Origin: Alphaproteobacteria bacterium
GTDB taxonomy: Bacteria > Pseudomonadota > Alphaproteobacteria > GCA-2731375
Assembly: GCA_965232515.1 (NCBI GenBank)
Contig: CBDDPY010000002.1
Coordinates: 4,256,001-4,320,000, forward strand
Length of the DNA: 64,000 nucleotides
Reading direction: 5' to 3'
The number at the start of each line of letters is the position of its first letter. Position 1 is the stretch's first letter. Positions 1 to 8,953 of this stretch are shown piece by piece. Position numbers and translations under genes: made by a program. The notes below the pieces were generated by a model. It did no database searches and was not told the origin of the DNA. It saw nothing but the letters and a program-made list of their open reading frames with translations.

Positions 1-172
1 GTTCATCAGCCCGGCGGTCCAGGTCCATGACGTGACTTGCCAGCCCGATGACCGGGTCGGTCGCAGCGAGGGCCGGTAATGCCGCTGTTGTGGCGGCAAC
101 GGGCAAGATACCGGCGCCGGCAACGATTGCACGGCGCGTGACGGTATTCGGTTTGTGGTCTATCGTTGTCAT
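1..172 (-). CDS. Hypothetical protein with Tat-like N-terminus (partial, runs off window)
   Basis: Manual translation MTTIDHKPNTVTRRAIVAGAGILPVAATTAALPALA...; purine-rich upstream sequence. Confidence 0.6.
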   Translation of the reverse strand, partial: MTTIDHKPNTVTRRAIVAGAGILPVAATTAALPALAATDPVIGLASHVMDLDRRADE

Positions 173-245
173 GCTTCTTTTCCCTTCGCGGGTGATTGAG
201 GCAAAGGGGCCGTCCGGGAGGTCCAGTCCTGGACGGCCCGCTGCA

Positions 246-416
246 TTACACCTCGAGCTGGGTCGACAGCCTGTCGAGCCTGCCGGCGATTTCCTGAATG
301 ACGGATGCCTGTTTCCGCACCACGGCGGGATGGGCTTCCGCAAGTTCGTGAAGCCGCGCAGTGTCGCGCCATGCGTCCATCACGACGGCTTCGGCTTCCT
401 GTCTTGGGTTCTGCAT
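246..416 (-). CDS. Small hypothetical protein (56 aa)
   Basis: Manual translation MQNPRQEAEAVVMDAWRDTARLHELAEAHPAVVRKQASVIQEIAGRLDRLSTQLEV*, with GGGAGG RBS 4 nt upstream; below the ORF-track cutoff. Confidence 0.6.
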   Translation of the reverse strand: MQNPRQEAEAVVMDAWRDTARLHELAEAHPAVVRKQASVIQEIAGRLDRLSTQLEV

Positions 417-484
417 TCATCCTCCCTTTGTGACCGGACACGGACTGTCCGCCAGTACCCCGCGGACGGAGCAATAGGAGACAG

Positions 485-814
485 TCACGCGGCTTCGCGG
501 GAGAGTTGGCGGCGCAGGTTTGCGGCCTCGCCCACCATCACAATGCAGATGCTGGTGGCCATGGTGGAACGGCCCAGCGGGTTGGCTCGGTGATACTTCA
601 GCGCCCGCGCCAGCTTCAGCAGGATATGCCCGGTGAAATCCGCCCCGATGTCGTTGTGCACCGTCAGCAGATCGTCGGTCAGGTTGCCGGGATAGACCGG
701 GGCTAGATCGCGGGCGCGGTCGTAGAACTTGGCGGCATCGCGGACCTGGCGCTTGCGGCTGGCAATACCCATTTGCCGGGCTTGCTGGCGGGCTTTGTCG
801 AGAGCGGTTGTCAT
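485..814 (-). CDS. Hypothetical phage protein
   Basis: 109 aa ORF, first gene of the leftward unit divergent from the HTH gene. Confidence 0.65.
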   Translation of the reverse strand: MTTALDKARQQARQMGIASRKRQVRDAAKFYDRARDLAPVYPGNLTDDLLTVHNDIGADFTGHILLKLARALKYHRANPLGRSTMATSICIVMVGEAANLRRQLSREAA

Positions 815-852
815 GATCGTGCGGCCTTGGACGATTGTATTTGCATCTTATG

Positions 853-909
853 TGACTTAATATAAGTCATTATTGACGCAGTTTCAACAGATTTCGGTCA
901 CAAATGACC
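853..909. promoter_or_regulatory. Operator-like inverted repeats in a divergent promoter region
   Basis: TGACTTA-ata-TAAGTCA (853-869) and GGTCA-caaa-TGACC (896-909) in an AT-rich intergenic region. Confidence 0.55.
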
Positions 910-923
910 AAATTTAATTCACT

Positions 924-1157
924 ATGATGACCGGCGCACAAATCAGGATGGCTCGCGGCTACCTCAAATGGTCAGTTCAAGAGCTGGCGAGCAAAGCCGG
1001 CGTCGGCGCGTCGACAGTGCAGCGGATGGAAGCGGTTGAGGGTGTCCCGGCCGCGTCGGGCAAGAACCTTGCGGCCGTCCAAAAAGCCCTAGAGGCTGCA
1101 GGTGTCCGGTTCATAGACGAGAACGGCGGCGGGCCGGGCGTGCGACTGAAGGGCTAG
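924..1157 (+). CDS. XRE/Cro-like helix-turn-helix regulator
   Basis: QIRMARGYLKWSVQELASKAGVGASTVQRME...ALEAAGVRFIDENGGGPGVRL, a typical alphaproteobacterial HTH_XRE pattern. Confidence 0.9.
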   Translation: MMTGAQIRMARGYLKWSVQELASKAGVGASTVQRMEAVEGVPAASGKNLAAVQKALEAAGVRFIDENGGGPGVRLKG

Positions 1158-1160
1158 GCG

Positions 1161-1322
1161 ATGTGGACGACTATCGCGGCCCTCATTTCCCTGTTCGCCA
1201 TCAGCGCGACGATCTGGGTATTCGTCTATCTGGATACCGGCCTTGGGCTGATGTGCGCGGCCATCCTGGCTGGCGGATTGTTTTATCGTTGGATGCTCAA
1301 TCGAGACAATCCGTCAGCGTGA
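1161..1322 (+). CDS. Small two-TM membrane protein (53 aa)
   Basis: Manual translation MWTTIAALISLFAISATIWVFVYLDTGLGLMCAAILAGGLFYRWMLNRDNPSA*; starts 3 nt after the HTH stop. Confidence 0.6.
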   Translation: MWTTIAALISLFAISATIWVFVYLDTGLGLMCAAILAGGLFYRWMLNRDNPSA

Positions 1323-2222
1323 CTATTTATCCGAATCGCGCGCGCGATTCGGATAAAGCAAGAAAACCAATAGCTCGGCCGCTTGGGCCAACTTGGCGTT
1401 TTCATCTTCCAGGCATAGGGTTTCTAGGAGAGTGAGGGCGTGCCCCAAGTTCATGTTGCCGAGTATGTTTTCGCTGTCGTTCAGGTTCTTGTTTGTGGCG
1501 GTCAGATAGCCGGCAACCCATTGCTCCACGGCATATCGATAATTGATTGTCTCGCCGTCGTCTGGTTGCTGTCGTGCTGCGACAAATTCGGCACAACTGC
1601 GCTGGCCGGCGGCAAAGGCTACGTAGCCGCTTCCGGTTGGCGGCGGGCCTACCCGCGTAGCCTGTTCGCCAAAGCGAGGCTTGGGTTTGTCATCCAAAGC
1701 CGCCGCACATTTAGCCAAACGCAAGAGCGCCTTGTTAGAGCCGGTCAGATCAAAGCGGAACGTCTGCGGGTCGGTTTCGACGTAGAGGGCGAACCCGCGT
1801 CGCAATGCCTCAACGTGGCCTTCTTCAGCGCCAAGCACGACACGGAAAGAATCAACGTCGAGCACCTCGATACGGAAGTTGCCCAACTCAAGCGCATCCG
1901 TTCGCACGAAAGCGACCAGATCTCTTTCATAGAAGTCGAATCCGTCTTTTGCGATCACGACAGACAGCCCGCCTTGGCGTGACAGCAATATTGCTAGCCA
2001 TTCACCATTCGGATATCGCTGGTTTATCTGGCATTGCCGATCCGAAATAGCGGAGCCAGACCATAGTCCGGCTTTGAACTCATGACGGGCATCGGCCCGG
2101 GTAAAGGCCGGGATCGCGAGCGCCAATAGCGCCAACATCACGCCCCATACGATCCCTGCCTTAATGCCGTTCATGGCCAACCCCAACCGGTTGCGATACC
2201 CGATTAGATCAGTCTGACGCAT
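1323..2222 (-). CDS. Exported hypothetical protein with a C-terminal HdeA-like cysteine-pair domain
   Basis: Hydrophobic signal-like segment; SCAEFV...WVAGYLTATN...TLC motif; start codon uncertain. Confidence 0.65.
   Translation of the reverse strand: MRQTDLIGYRNRLGLAMNGIKAGIVWGVMLALLALAIPAFTRADARHEFKAGLWSGSAISDRQCQINQRYPNGEWLAILLSRQGGLSVVIAKDGFDFYERDLVAFVRTDALELGNFRIEVLDVDSFRVVLGAEEGHVEALRRGFALYVETDPQTFRFDLTGSNKALLRLAKCAAALDDKPKPRFGEQATRVGPPPTGSGYVAFAAGQRSCAEFVAARQQPDDGETINYRYAVEQWVAGYLTATNKNLNDSENILGNMNLGHALTLLETLCLEDENAKLAQAAELLVFLLYPNRARDSDK
1326..1357. repeat. Perfect 32-bp palindrome
   Basis: TTTATCCGAATCGCGC|GCGCGATTCGGATAAA, no spacer. Confidence 0.95.
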
Positions 2223-2350
2223 CGGCGTTGAAACCGGAATAACGGCCGGGATGTCCGGCAGTTAAATTACACATAAATAACGTAAAATTTTTCTTCATAC
2301 GGATCGGTGCTGGTGATATTGTATTTTCGTAACCAGCAAAGAGGTTAGGC

Positions 2351-2557
2351 ATGGGCCGATACACCAAGATCGTTTCGCACGCCGAAGACCCGGACGTGGT
2401 TGAGCGTGTTCGGGAGCTTGCCGAGCAAGCCGGCACGACGCCGAGCGCGTGGATACGTCAAGCGACGCGGGAGCGGTTGCGCGAAGCTGAGTGGAACGAG
2501 GCTGAATGGGAAGACGCCGAATGGTCGGATGGCTCAGACTTTGAGGGAGCGACCTGA
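2351..2557 (+). CDS. Ribbon-helix-helix (CopG-like) protein with acidic repeat tail
   Basis: DVVERVRELAEQAGTTPSAWIRQATRERL; tail EAEWN-EAEWE-DAEWS; GAGG RBS. Confidence 0.65.
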   Translation: MGRYTKIVSHAEDPDVVERVRELAEQAGTTPSAWIRQATRERLREAEWNEAEWEDAEWSDGSDFEGAT

Positions 2558-3969
2558 TGGCGAGTGGATGGAACGGCAGCGGTCAGGTTGTTCGCTCGGA
2601 CGGCACGAGAACGGGAACAACGGTCTGGGCGCAGGCGAAAGCAGCCGGACAGAGGATCATTGCGGCGTCGCACGATGTCCACGATGAGACGCTGGCCGAC
2701 TCGATAGAGGACTGCATCAACCGGAACGGTGAGAACGCGGTTACCGCCGATATCGGTTGGGGTGGCAACAAGATCACCAATATCGTTGGCATCACGGATG
2801 GTGACGGCGACACGCAAGTTCAGATCGAAGAAGGAGCCGACGACGACACGATCCGACTTGATGCAGCGGGCACGGAAGTTGCGTCGTTCACATCCACGGC
2901 GGCATCGATCAACACCGAACTGACGGTTGCGGAAGCCAATGACGGCGCGGATACATCTCTTGTCCTGAACAATTCCGCCGCTGCCGGATCGACGGACGAG
3001 ACGGCAGCGTTCGCCTTTCAGCAGGCAGGGTTACAGGCGGGCAAGATCGTCGCCGGCCGGATCTCGAACTATTCGTCCGATGCGAACGAAGACAGCTATC
3101 TTGCCCTGTTCACGTCACAAAGCGGGACGGACACCGAAGCCCTTAGGATTGACGAGGCGGGCAAGGTCTTCATCGGCGATACGCTGAATGCAAACGCCAC
3201 CGGTTCGTCGCTCACCATCAACCAGGGCGCGAGCGATGATGAAATCCTGGCGCTTAAATCCAGTGACGTAACGCATGGAACAACGGCCGTGACGGAAACC
3301 GATACGTTCGGCTTCGTTGACAAGAATACCGCCGCTGCGGGGGGATTGAACGTTCGCGGGCTGGCGGCGGCACAGAATGTCGGCCTTAATCTTTTCGCCT
3401 ATTCGCAGAATGACGACGCAAACAAAACCACAACGGCCGGTGGGCGGATGGTGTTGTCCTCGTTCAAGGTTTCCGGGACCGATATCACTGACTCCGGCGC
3501 AAACTCGAACATCTGCATCTGGCAGCATCGTTCGGGTGGCGCTAATCGTATCGCCATGATCCTTGACGAGGACGGCGATCTTCATGTCGATGGCTCGGGT
3601 ACGCTTTCGACGTTTGACGCCTTCAATGACGCCGCTCTTGTGCGCACTTTTGACATGATTCGCTCGCCAAACGAGGTCATCAAGTCGAAGTGGGACGAGT
3701 TTGTCGAATACGGACGTGCCGATCTTGTGAGAGCCGGCATCCTCGGTGATATCTCGCCGGAAGATGAGGCCCGAGGCCATGCACCGATGGTCAATGTTAC
3801 CCAGCTTCAGAGGTTACATAACGGTGCGATCTGGCAGCTTCACTGTCAGATGCGGGAGATGGGCGAGAAGCTCGAAAACCTGCATCGGGACGTTGGGCTT
3901 ATTCCGACGTTCAAGCGGGGGCTGCGGCGGATCTTCTCGGGCGGAAAGTCGGCGGTAGTGAATGGGTGA
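2557..3969 (+). CDS. Phage tail fibre-like protein
   Basis: N-terminus WNGSG...HDVHDETLADSIEDCINRNGENAVTADIGWGGNKITN resembles podovirus fibre anchor domains; G/T/A/D-rich beta-rich body; C-terminal helical chaperone-like region (VNVTQLQRLHNGAIWQL). Confidence 0.7.
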   Translation: MASGWNGSGQVVRSDGTRTGTTVWAQAKAAGQRIIAASHDVHDETLADSIEDCINRNGENAVTADIGWGGNKITNIVGITDGDGDTQVQIEEGADDDTIRLDAAGTEVASFTSTAASINTELTVAEANDGADTSLVLNNSAAAGSTDETAAFAFQQAGLQAGKIVAGRISNYSSDANEDSYLALFTSQSGTDTEALRIDEAGKVFIGDTLNANATGSSLTINQGASDDEILALKSSDVTHGTTAVTETDTFGFVDKNTAAAGGLNVRGLAAAQNVGLNLFAYSQNDDANKTTTAGGRMVLSSFKVSGTDITDSGANSNICIWQHRSGGANRIAMILDEDGDLHVDGSGTLSTFDAFNDAALVRTFDMIRSPNEVIKSKWDEFVEYGRADLVRAGILGDISPEDEARGHAPMVNVTQLQRLHNGAIWQLHCQMREMGEKLENLHRDVGLIPTFKRGLRRIFSGGKSAVVNG

Positions 3970-4363
3970 GATTATGCATAGCACCGCCGAATTGATGGCC
4001 CTGCCGGCGGATGAGCTGGAACGGCTGATAGCCGAACATCCCGAACGTGTGGCCGCTGTATTGGCGGACGGCAACCCAACCACAGCAGACGGGCAGGCGC
4101 TGGGCTCACGGCTCAGCAGCGGTGCGCTGCATACCTTGGTTGCGGCTTGGCATGGCTTAGATATCCCGGCGCACCTGAACCTTGACGACAATGCCCGCTG
4201 TGACGTGCTGCTACGTCTCTGCGGCATTGAGCCGCCGGCCTATGACGCGTTGTCGGAAAACGACAAAGGCAAGATCAACAATTTGATGCAGGCCGGCATG
4301 GATGCCAAGGCCGCGTGGATTGAGGTGACGGGCGAGCCGGCTCCGGAAGCGAGGACGCACTAA
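3962..4363 (+). CDS. Hypothetical phage protein
   Basis: 133 aa ORF overlapping both neighbours (translational coupling). Confidence 0.7.
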   Translation: MGEIMHSTAELMALPADELERLIAEHPERVAAVLADGNPTTADGQALGSRLSSGALHTLVAAWHGLDIPAHLNLDDNARCDVLLRLCGIEPPAYDALSENDKGKINNLMQAGMDAKAAWIEVTGEPAPEARTH

Positions 4364-5778
4364 TGACGGGCACAATGTCACGATTGCTCAGTGCCATGAC
4401 GGAAAGGCAGGCACTTGGACCCTCGGGACAGACGCCGGCTTCTGCTTTTGCCCAACAGCTTCTGACCAATCAGCCTGGCGGGCTTGGAAACCTCGCCAGC
4501 CCGATCATCGCAGCGATGTTGTTGAAACGAGACCAGGAACAGCGACAGCGCATCGAGGGCGAGGACGCGGACATGTTCCGTCAGGCGTTGAAAGCGCTTC
4601 AAGGCGGCGTCAAAGAGTTCCGCAGCCCGGACACGGGCGAGGTGCTCGTACCCGGACAACAGCCCGGCGCACAGGCGTTCGCGCAGGTGCTGGCGGGTAA
4701 CCCCCGCACCGCTCCCATTGCAGCAAACGTCATGGCCGACGCATTGCAGCAGAACCGGCCTAAGTTCGTGAACGTGCCGAATGTGGGGCTGGTCCGAACA
4801 CAGGGCGACACGGCGGAAACGGTCATAGAGGCGCGGCCGGACGAGTTTGAAACGATCAGGCTCAATAACGGTGTGCTGGCCCAGCGGAACAAGCGCACCA
4901 ACAAAATTTCATCTTTGCCACAGACACGCCCGCCATCGGCGCGACAAGCGCGCATACAGTCGTTGATGGACCAGGGCTTGGACCAGACAACGGCAGCCAA
5001 CGTCGCGGATGGCTTTATTCAGATTTTGCCGGACGCGCTGGGCCGACCCGTTGCCGTTAATGTCGTGACGAACGAACAGACGCCCTTACGTGTCAGCAGC
5101 GTCCAAACCAGCCAACAGCCAGCGTCAGCCGCGTCACAAGTTACACAGCCGACACAGAGTCCCGAGCCGGCGAACGTTCCGCAATCTGCCGTCAATGTAG
5201 TTGACGGCACACCCAGTGACAGCGCATCTCCGCCCGCGTTGCCAACCGACCGACCGCCTTTGACGGCCTTCGAGGCTGTCCAGGGCGGTACGGGCATCCT
5301 GCCGGCTATACAGGGCGCAATCTCAAGCACAGCCGGTCAGTTCTTCGAGGGTGCGCAGTTTCCGGGGGTGGCCCAAAGGCGCGCATTCTTTGCCGGCCTT
5401 CAGCAGCAAGCCATTAGAGCGTTCTCGACTGGCGGCAAGACGCCCGTGGTCGAGCAAGAGCGGATCGCAAACATCTTCGCGAAATTGGGCGCATTGGAAA
5501 GCGAGGCGGACGCCGTGGCGTCGCTGCAAACCGCCGTGCAGATGATCGACCAGCGCATTGCGCAGAACGAACGAGCGATGCGGGCTCCCAATACGCCGAC
5601 AAAAGATATCCCCGAGCTGGCCCGAGGCATCACCGAACTCAGGAACCTGAAAGAAGTTGTGGGCGTCCCTTTGCCAGGACAGGTGCAGCAGAACGGGCCG
5701 CAGCAGACGGGTGAGGATTTCGGCGACCTGACGACCGATGAAGCGGATGAGCTTCGACGCCTGCGGGGGCAGCAGTGA
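4363..5778 (+). CDS. Probable phage DNA-ejection / internal virion protein
   Basis: 471 aa, Q/A-rich, helical, no cysteine, with a low-complexity P/Q/S linker; position next to a larger similar ORF as in P22-like ejection modules (inference). Confidence 0.55.
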   Translation: MTGTMSRLLSAMTERQALGPSGQTPASAFAQQLLTNQPGGLGNLASPIIAAMLLKRDQEQRQRIEGEDADMFRQALKALQGGVKEFRSPDTGEVLVPGQQPGAQAFAQVLAGNPRTAPIAANVMADALQQNRPKFVNVPNVGLVRTQGDTAETVIEARPDEFETIRLNNGVLAQRNKRTNKISSLPQTRPPSARQARIQSLMDQGLDQTTAANVADGFIQILPDALGRPVAVNVVTNEQTPLRVSSVQTSQQPASAASQVTQPTQSPEPANVPQSAVNVVDGTPSDSASPPALPTDRPPLTAFEAVQGGTGILPAIQGAISSTAGQFFEGAQFPGVAQRRAFFAGLQQQAIRAFSTGGKTPVVEQERIANIFAKLGALESEADAVASLQTAVQMIDQRIAQNERAMRAPNTPTKDIPELARGITELRNLKEVVGVPLPGQVQQNGPQQTGEDFGDLTTDEADELRRLRGQQ

Positions 5779-8348
5779 TGCCGACGCCGCGCGAAGAACT
5801 CACCATTCGCCGCGAGCTAGCCGCCGGTAATCTGTCACCGAGACGGGAATTGGAATTGCGGCGTCAGTTGTCGGATATCCCGACGCAGGGTGTTTCACCT
5901 TTCAACACGGCGGCGCAACCATTTGTCGGCTTCAACATGGGCTTGGCCGATGTTATCGATCTTCCGCAACGCGTCGGCACGGCGATAACGAACCCGGTTC
6001 GTGAGCTTGTCGGTTTGGAGCCGGCTCCCATCGATCAGACATCGCCAATTACCGATGCGCTGAGATCGGGTGCCGAGACGTTCCCGGCTACGACGGGCGT
6101 AGAGCGCGGGCTAAGGCGTGTAGGGCAAGAGTTCGGTGCAACGGCTCCGATAGCCGCACTGCCGTTTGTCGGCGCGTCGGGACGTGCCGCACAGACAGCC
6201 GCCAACGTCGGCACGCGAGGCTTTCAGGCTTTCCTGAACACTGTCAGGTCCACACCTGGTAGGGCGGCGGTAGGTGAAACCATTGCCACGGCCGGCGCTG
6301 GTACTGGCGCGGCAATAGCGAACGAACTAGCGCCCGGAAGCCAGGGCGCGGAGATCGCCGGCCAGCTAATTGGCGGTGTATCACCCGCCGCCCTTGCCAC
6401 GACGCCGACAAGCCTTGCCGTTCGCGCCGGTCGGAATGTCGCAAGCCGGTTTTCCGAGGATGCCATGCGCACCCGCGCACAGGATCAGGCGCGGGAAGTG
6501 ATCGGCGGCAACCTGACGCAAGAGGCAACCCAGAACCTCAATCAAGCCGACGACGTGACACGCGAGATACCGGGCTTCGATCCGACGCTTGCCGAGCGCA
6601 CAGGATCGCCCGGCCTGACGGCAACGCAACGGCGCATCGAGGCGCAGTCAAGCGGCGCGGACCTGGAAGCGGTCGCGGCCCGCAGACGCGCCAATGAGGC
6701 GGCTATCAACCGCTTCGGGCAGGTACGCGGCCCTTTGGGCGAGGACGCACCCGAATTTGTGATCGATACCGCGGCCCGCCGCGTTGACGATCTGCGCAGC
6801 ACGGTGGAACGCCAACAGGCCAGGACCGCCGGCCAGCGTCAGGACTTGGCGGAAAGCCTGCAACCGACTGACAGGGCTGCACAGGGCCGTGGCTTGCGGG
6901 ACACGCTCTTTGAGGCCCGGTCACGATCAAGCCAGGAAATGACGGCGCTTGCCGAACGGTTGGGCATCAACGACGCTGATGTCACCGCCGAGTTCACGAA
7001 TGCCCGGCAGCGCATCGAACAGGCATTTGCGCCGGGGTCGGTTTTTGAGGACCGGGCCAATGCGCCCGCCGTCTTGCAGGCAATCCGGAACGCTCCCGAG
7101 CAAGTGACGTTTCAGGATTTGAAGGCCCTTCGCGAACGCATCGGTGACGATCTGATGGACGCCGAAACGTCCGCCAATCCGAGTTCGAAGAAAATCCGCA
7201 CGCTGTCTACGTTGCAGCGGATGGTCGATAGCGTGATTGACGATCTTACCCGCACGGCAGACCCGGACCTGGCAGACCGTTACCGCCAATTTCGCACGAC
7301 CTATTTCAACGATCACGTTGCCCGGTTCAACCAGGGCCCGGCCTTCCGGGTAAGGCAGAAAGACGGCCGCGGATTTTTCCGTATCGCCGACGAAAAGGTA
7401 GCGCAGGCGTTTTTCGCACCCGGCGACGTCAGGTCCGCCCGTCAGTTCCGGGCGGTGTTCGGTGACAACCCCGACGCCAACAGCGCCATACAGGCCGTGG
7501 CTATGGATAGCTTGAGAAATGGCGTCGTGCGGGACGGCGTGATTAATCCGAGGGCGCTCGAAAACTGGGTTCGCAAACATCGGTCGGTGTTGGACGAGTT
7601 TCCGGAGATCGACGCGCTGGTGAGAGATGTTGCGTCGGCCGACGAATCCTTGCGAGCGCGTCAGACGCAACTCAGGGCCAGAACACAGACCATCGAAAAC
7701 CAAGCCATCACGAAGGAGCTTACCGCCTTCGGCCGCGCCACCAAGACGAGCGGAAGTGTGATTGACGCGGCCATCCGCGAGCCGCGCAAGATGGCCCAAC
7801 TTGCCGGCCGGTTGAAACGCAACCCCGATGCTTTGGCGGGATTGAGGCGGAACGTCTGGAACCGTGCGATATCGGGAAGCTCGGAAGACATCTTGCGGTT
7901 CATGAACGACAACGCCGGATCGCTAAGGGTGTTGTTCGGCGGCCGGCATTTCCGGGACATCGAAACCATCGCCGCCGCGCGAGCCATGCTCGAACGGGTG
8001 CCGTCGCCGACCGGGGCCGCATTTCAGCCCCGCCCGCTAGAAGGCGTCGAGCGCGCCATAGGCCAGGGCTTGCCGCAACTGTCTAGCCGCCTGTTTGCCG
8101 CCAGGACCGGGCGTGTCGGACGCGGCTATCTGGCGGTGGATACGTTCCTCAGAGGCATTCGAGGCCGTGCTGCCGTCGATGCCGACGACCTGCTGCGGGA
8201 AGCGCTCTACGACAGTCAGGTTGCCCGCGACATGGCCGAAGCCGTCAGGGTCGGTGAAGTCAAGCCGGATGTGGCGAAGCGCCTTGGTGCGCGCCTGTTC
8301 AATCTCGGGCAGCCATTCGAGTTTAGCGACGAGCAACAGAGGCCGTAG
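5775..8348 (+). CDS. Probable large phage DNA-ejection / transfer protein
   Basis: 857 aa, A/R-rich helical, no cysteine, with Gly/Ala-rich hydrophobic stretches in the N-terminal part. Confidence 0.6.
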   Translation: MMPTPREELTIRRELAAGNLSPRRELELRRQLSDIPTQGVSPFNTAAQPFVGFNMGLADVIDLPQRVGTAITNPVRELVGLEPAPIDQTSPITDALRSGAETFPATTGVERGLRRVGQEFGATAPIAALPFVGASGRAAQTAANVGTRGFQAFLNTVRSTPGRAAVGETIATAGAGTGAAIANELAPGSQGAEIAGQLIGGVSPAALATTPTSLAVRAGRNVASRFSEDAMRTRAQDQAREVIGGNLTQEATQNLNQADDVTREIPGFDPTLAERTGSPGLTATQRRIEAQSSGADLEAVAARRRANEAAINRFGQVRGPLGEDAPEFVIDTAARRVDDLRSTVERQQARTAGQRQDLAESLQPTDRAAQGRGLRDTLFEARSRSSQEMTALAERLGINDADVTAEFTNARQRIEQAFAPGSVFEDRANAPAVLQAIRNAPEQVTFQDLKALRERIGDDLMDAETSANPSSKKIRTLSTLQRMVDSVIDDLTRTADPDLADRYRQFRTTYFNDHVARFNQGPAFRVRQKDGRGFFRIADEKVAQAFFAPGDVRSARQFRAVFGDNPDANSAIQAVAMDSLRNGVVRDGVINPRALENWVRKHRSVLDEFPEIDALVRDVASADESLRARQTQLRARTQTIENQAITKELTAFGRATKTSGSVIDAAIREPRKMAQLAGRLKRNPDALAGLRRNVWNRAISGSSEDILRFMNDNAGSLRVLFGGRHFRDIETIAAARAMLERVPSPTGAAFQPRPLEGVERAIGQGLPQLSSRLFAARTGRVGRGYLAVDTFLRGIRGRAAVDADDLLREALYDSQVARDMAEAVRVGEVKPDVAKRLGARLFNLGQPFEFSDEQQRP

Positions 8349-8355
8349 CCAGCCC

Positions 8356-8778
8356 ATGGAATATTACCTTTCCCCCTGGCGTTTCGAGGCAGAGCCATAT
8401 CCGACTTGGCGCAGTCCGTTCGATGATGACGTGGGGTTGATCGATCTGCGCTCGCCGGCCCAGATCCGGTCGGACGGCATTGCCGAAGGCTACGGCCTGT
8501 TTGCAACGCGGGTGCGGCAGACCATTCCTGACTCGATCTACCTCGGGGACTCACTTCACGGCCAGATCGATACAACGACCCTCAAGCGAGAATTGGGTCT
8601 TGGTGAAGACATCGTTGCGACCGGCCTGGGCGAGGTAATTTACGAGTTGCTGACGATGCATGCTGATCCGATGGTATCGACACGTTGGGGCTGTCTGATG
8701 CCCTGCCAAAACGGTCGCAATGAAATTTGGCTTGGCGGTCGCATTGCTCGAATGCTGGTTCTGCCCGGTCAGTGTTGA
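8356..8778 (+). CDS. Hypothetical phage protein
   Basis: MEYYLSPWRF... 140 aa, starting 7 nt after the upstream stop. Confidence 0.6.
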   Translation: MEYYLSPWRFEAEPYPTWRSPFDDDVGLIDLRSPAQIRSDGIAEGYGLFATRVRQTIPDSIYLGDSLHGQIDTTTLKRELGLGEDIVATGLGEVIYELLTMHADPMVSTRWGCLMPCQNGRNEIWLGGRIARMLVLPGQC

Positions 8779-8797
8779 GCGTCCGCGTCTGGAATGG

Positions 8798-8953
8798 ATG
8801 CGCGCGCAATATCCGGATCTGTTTCGCCGCGCCTTGCTGTTGATGCGCGACGTGAACGCGGCTGCTGCAGAGATCGTCATGCACAACGCGGCGATATTGG
8901 ACGCCGCAAGTGAACAACACCGGGAGGTTCGCGAAAATGCCGCCGCTCGATAA
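8798..8953 (+). CDS. Possible small hypothetical protein
   Basis: MRAQYPDLFRRALLLMRD... fills the gap before TerS-1; start uncertain. Confidence 0.35.
   Translation: MRAQYPDLFRRALLLMRDVNAAAAEIVMHNAAILDAASEQHREVRENAAAR

Noticed and set aside
169-474. 101-aa minus-strand ORF
   Set aside because: Low-complexity translation; the 246-416 frame has a properly spaced RBS and a more protein-like sequence.
1163-1435. 90-aa ORF sharing YPNRARDSDK with the opposite-strand gene
   Set aside because: The shared peptide is a by-product of the 32-bp palindrome; the 53-aa ORF at 1161 is the better call.
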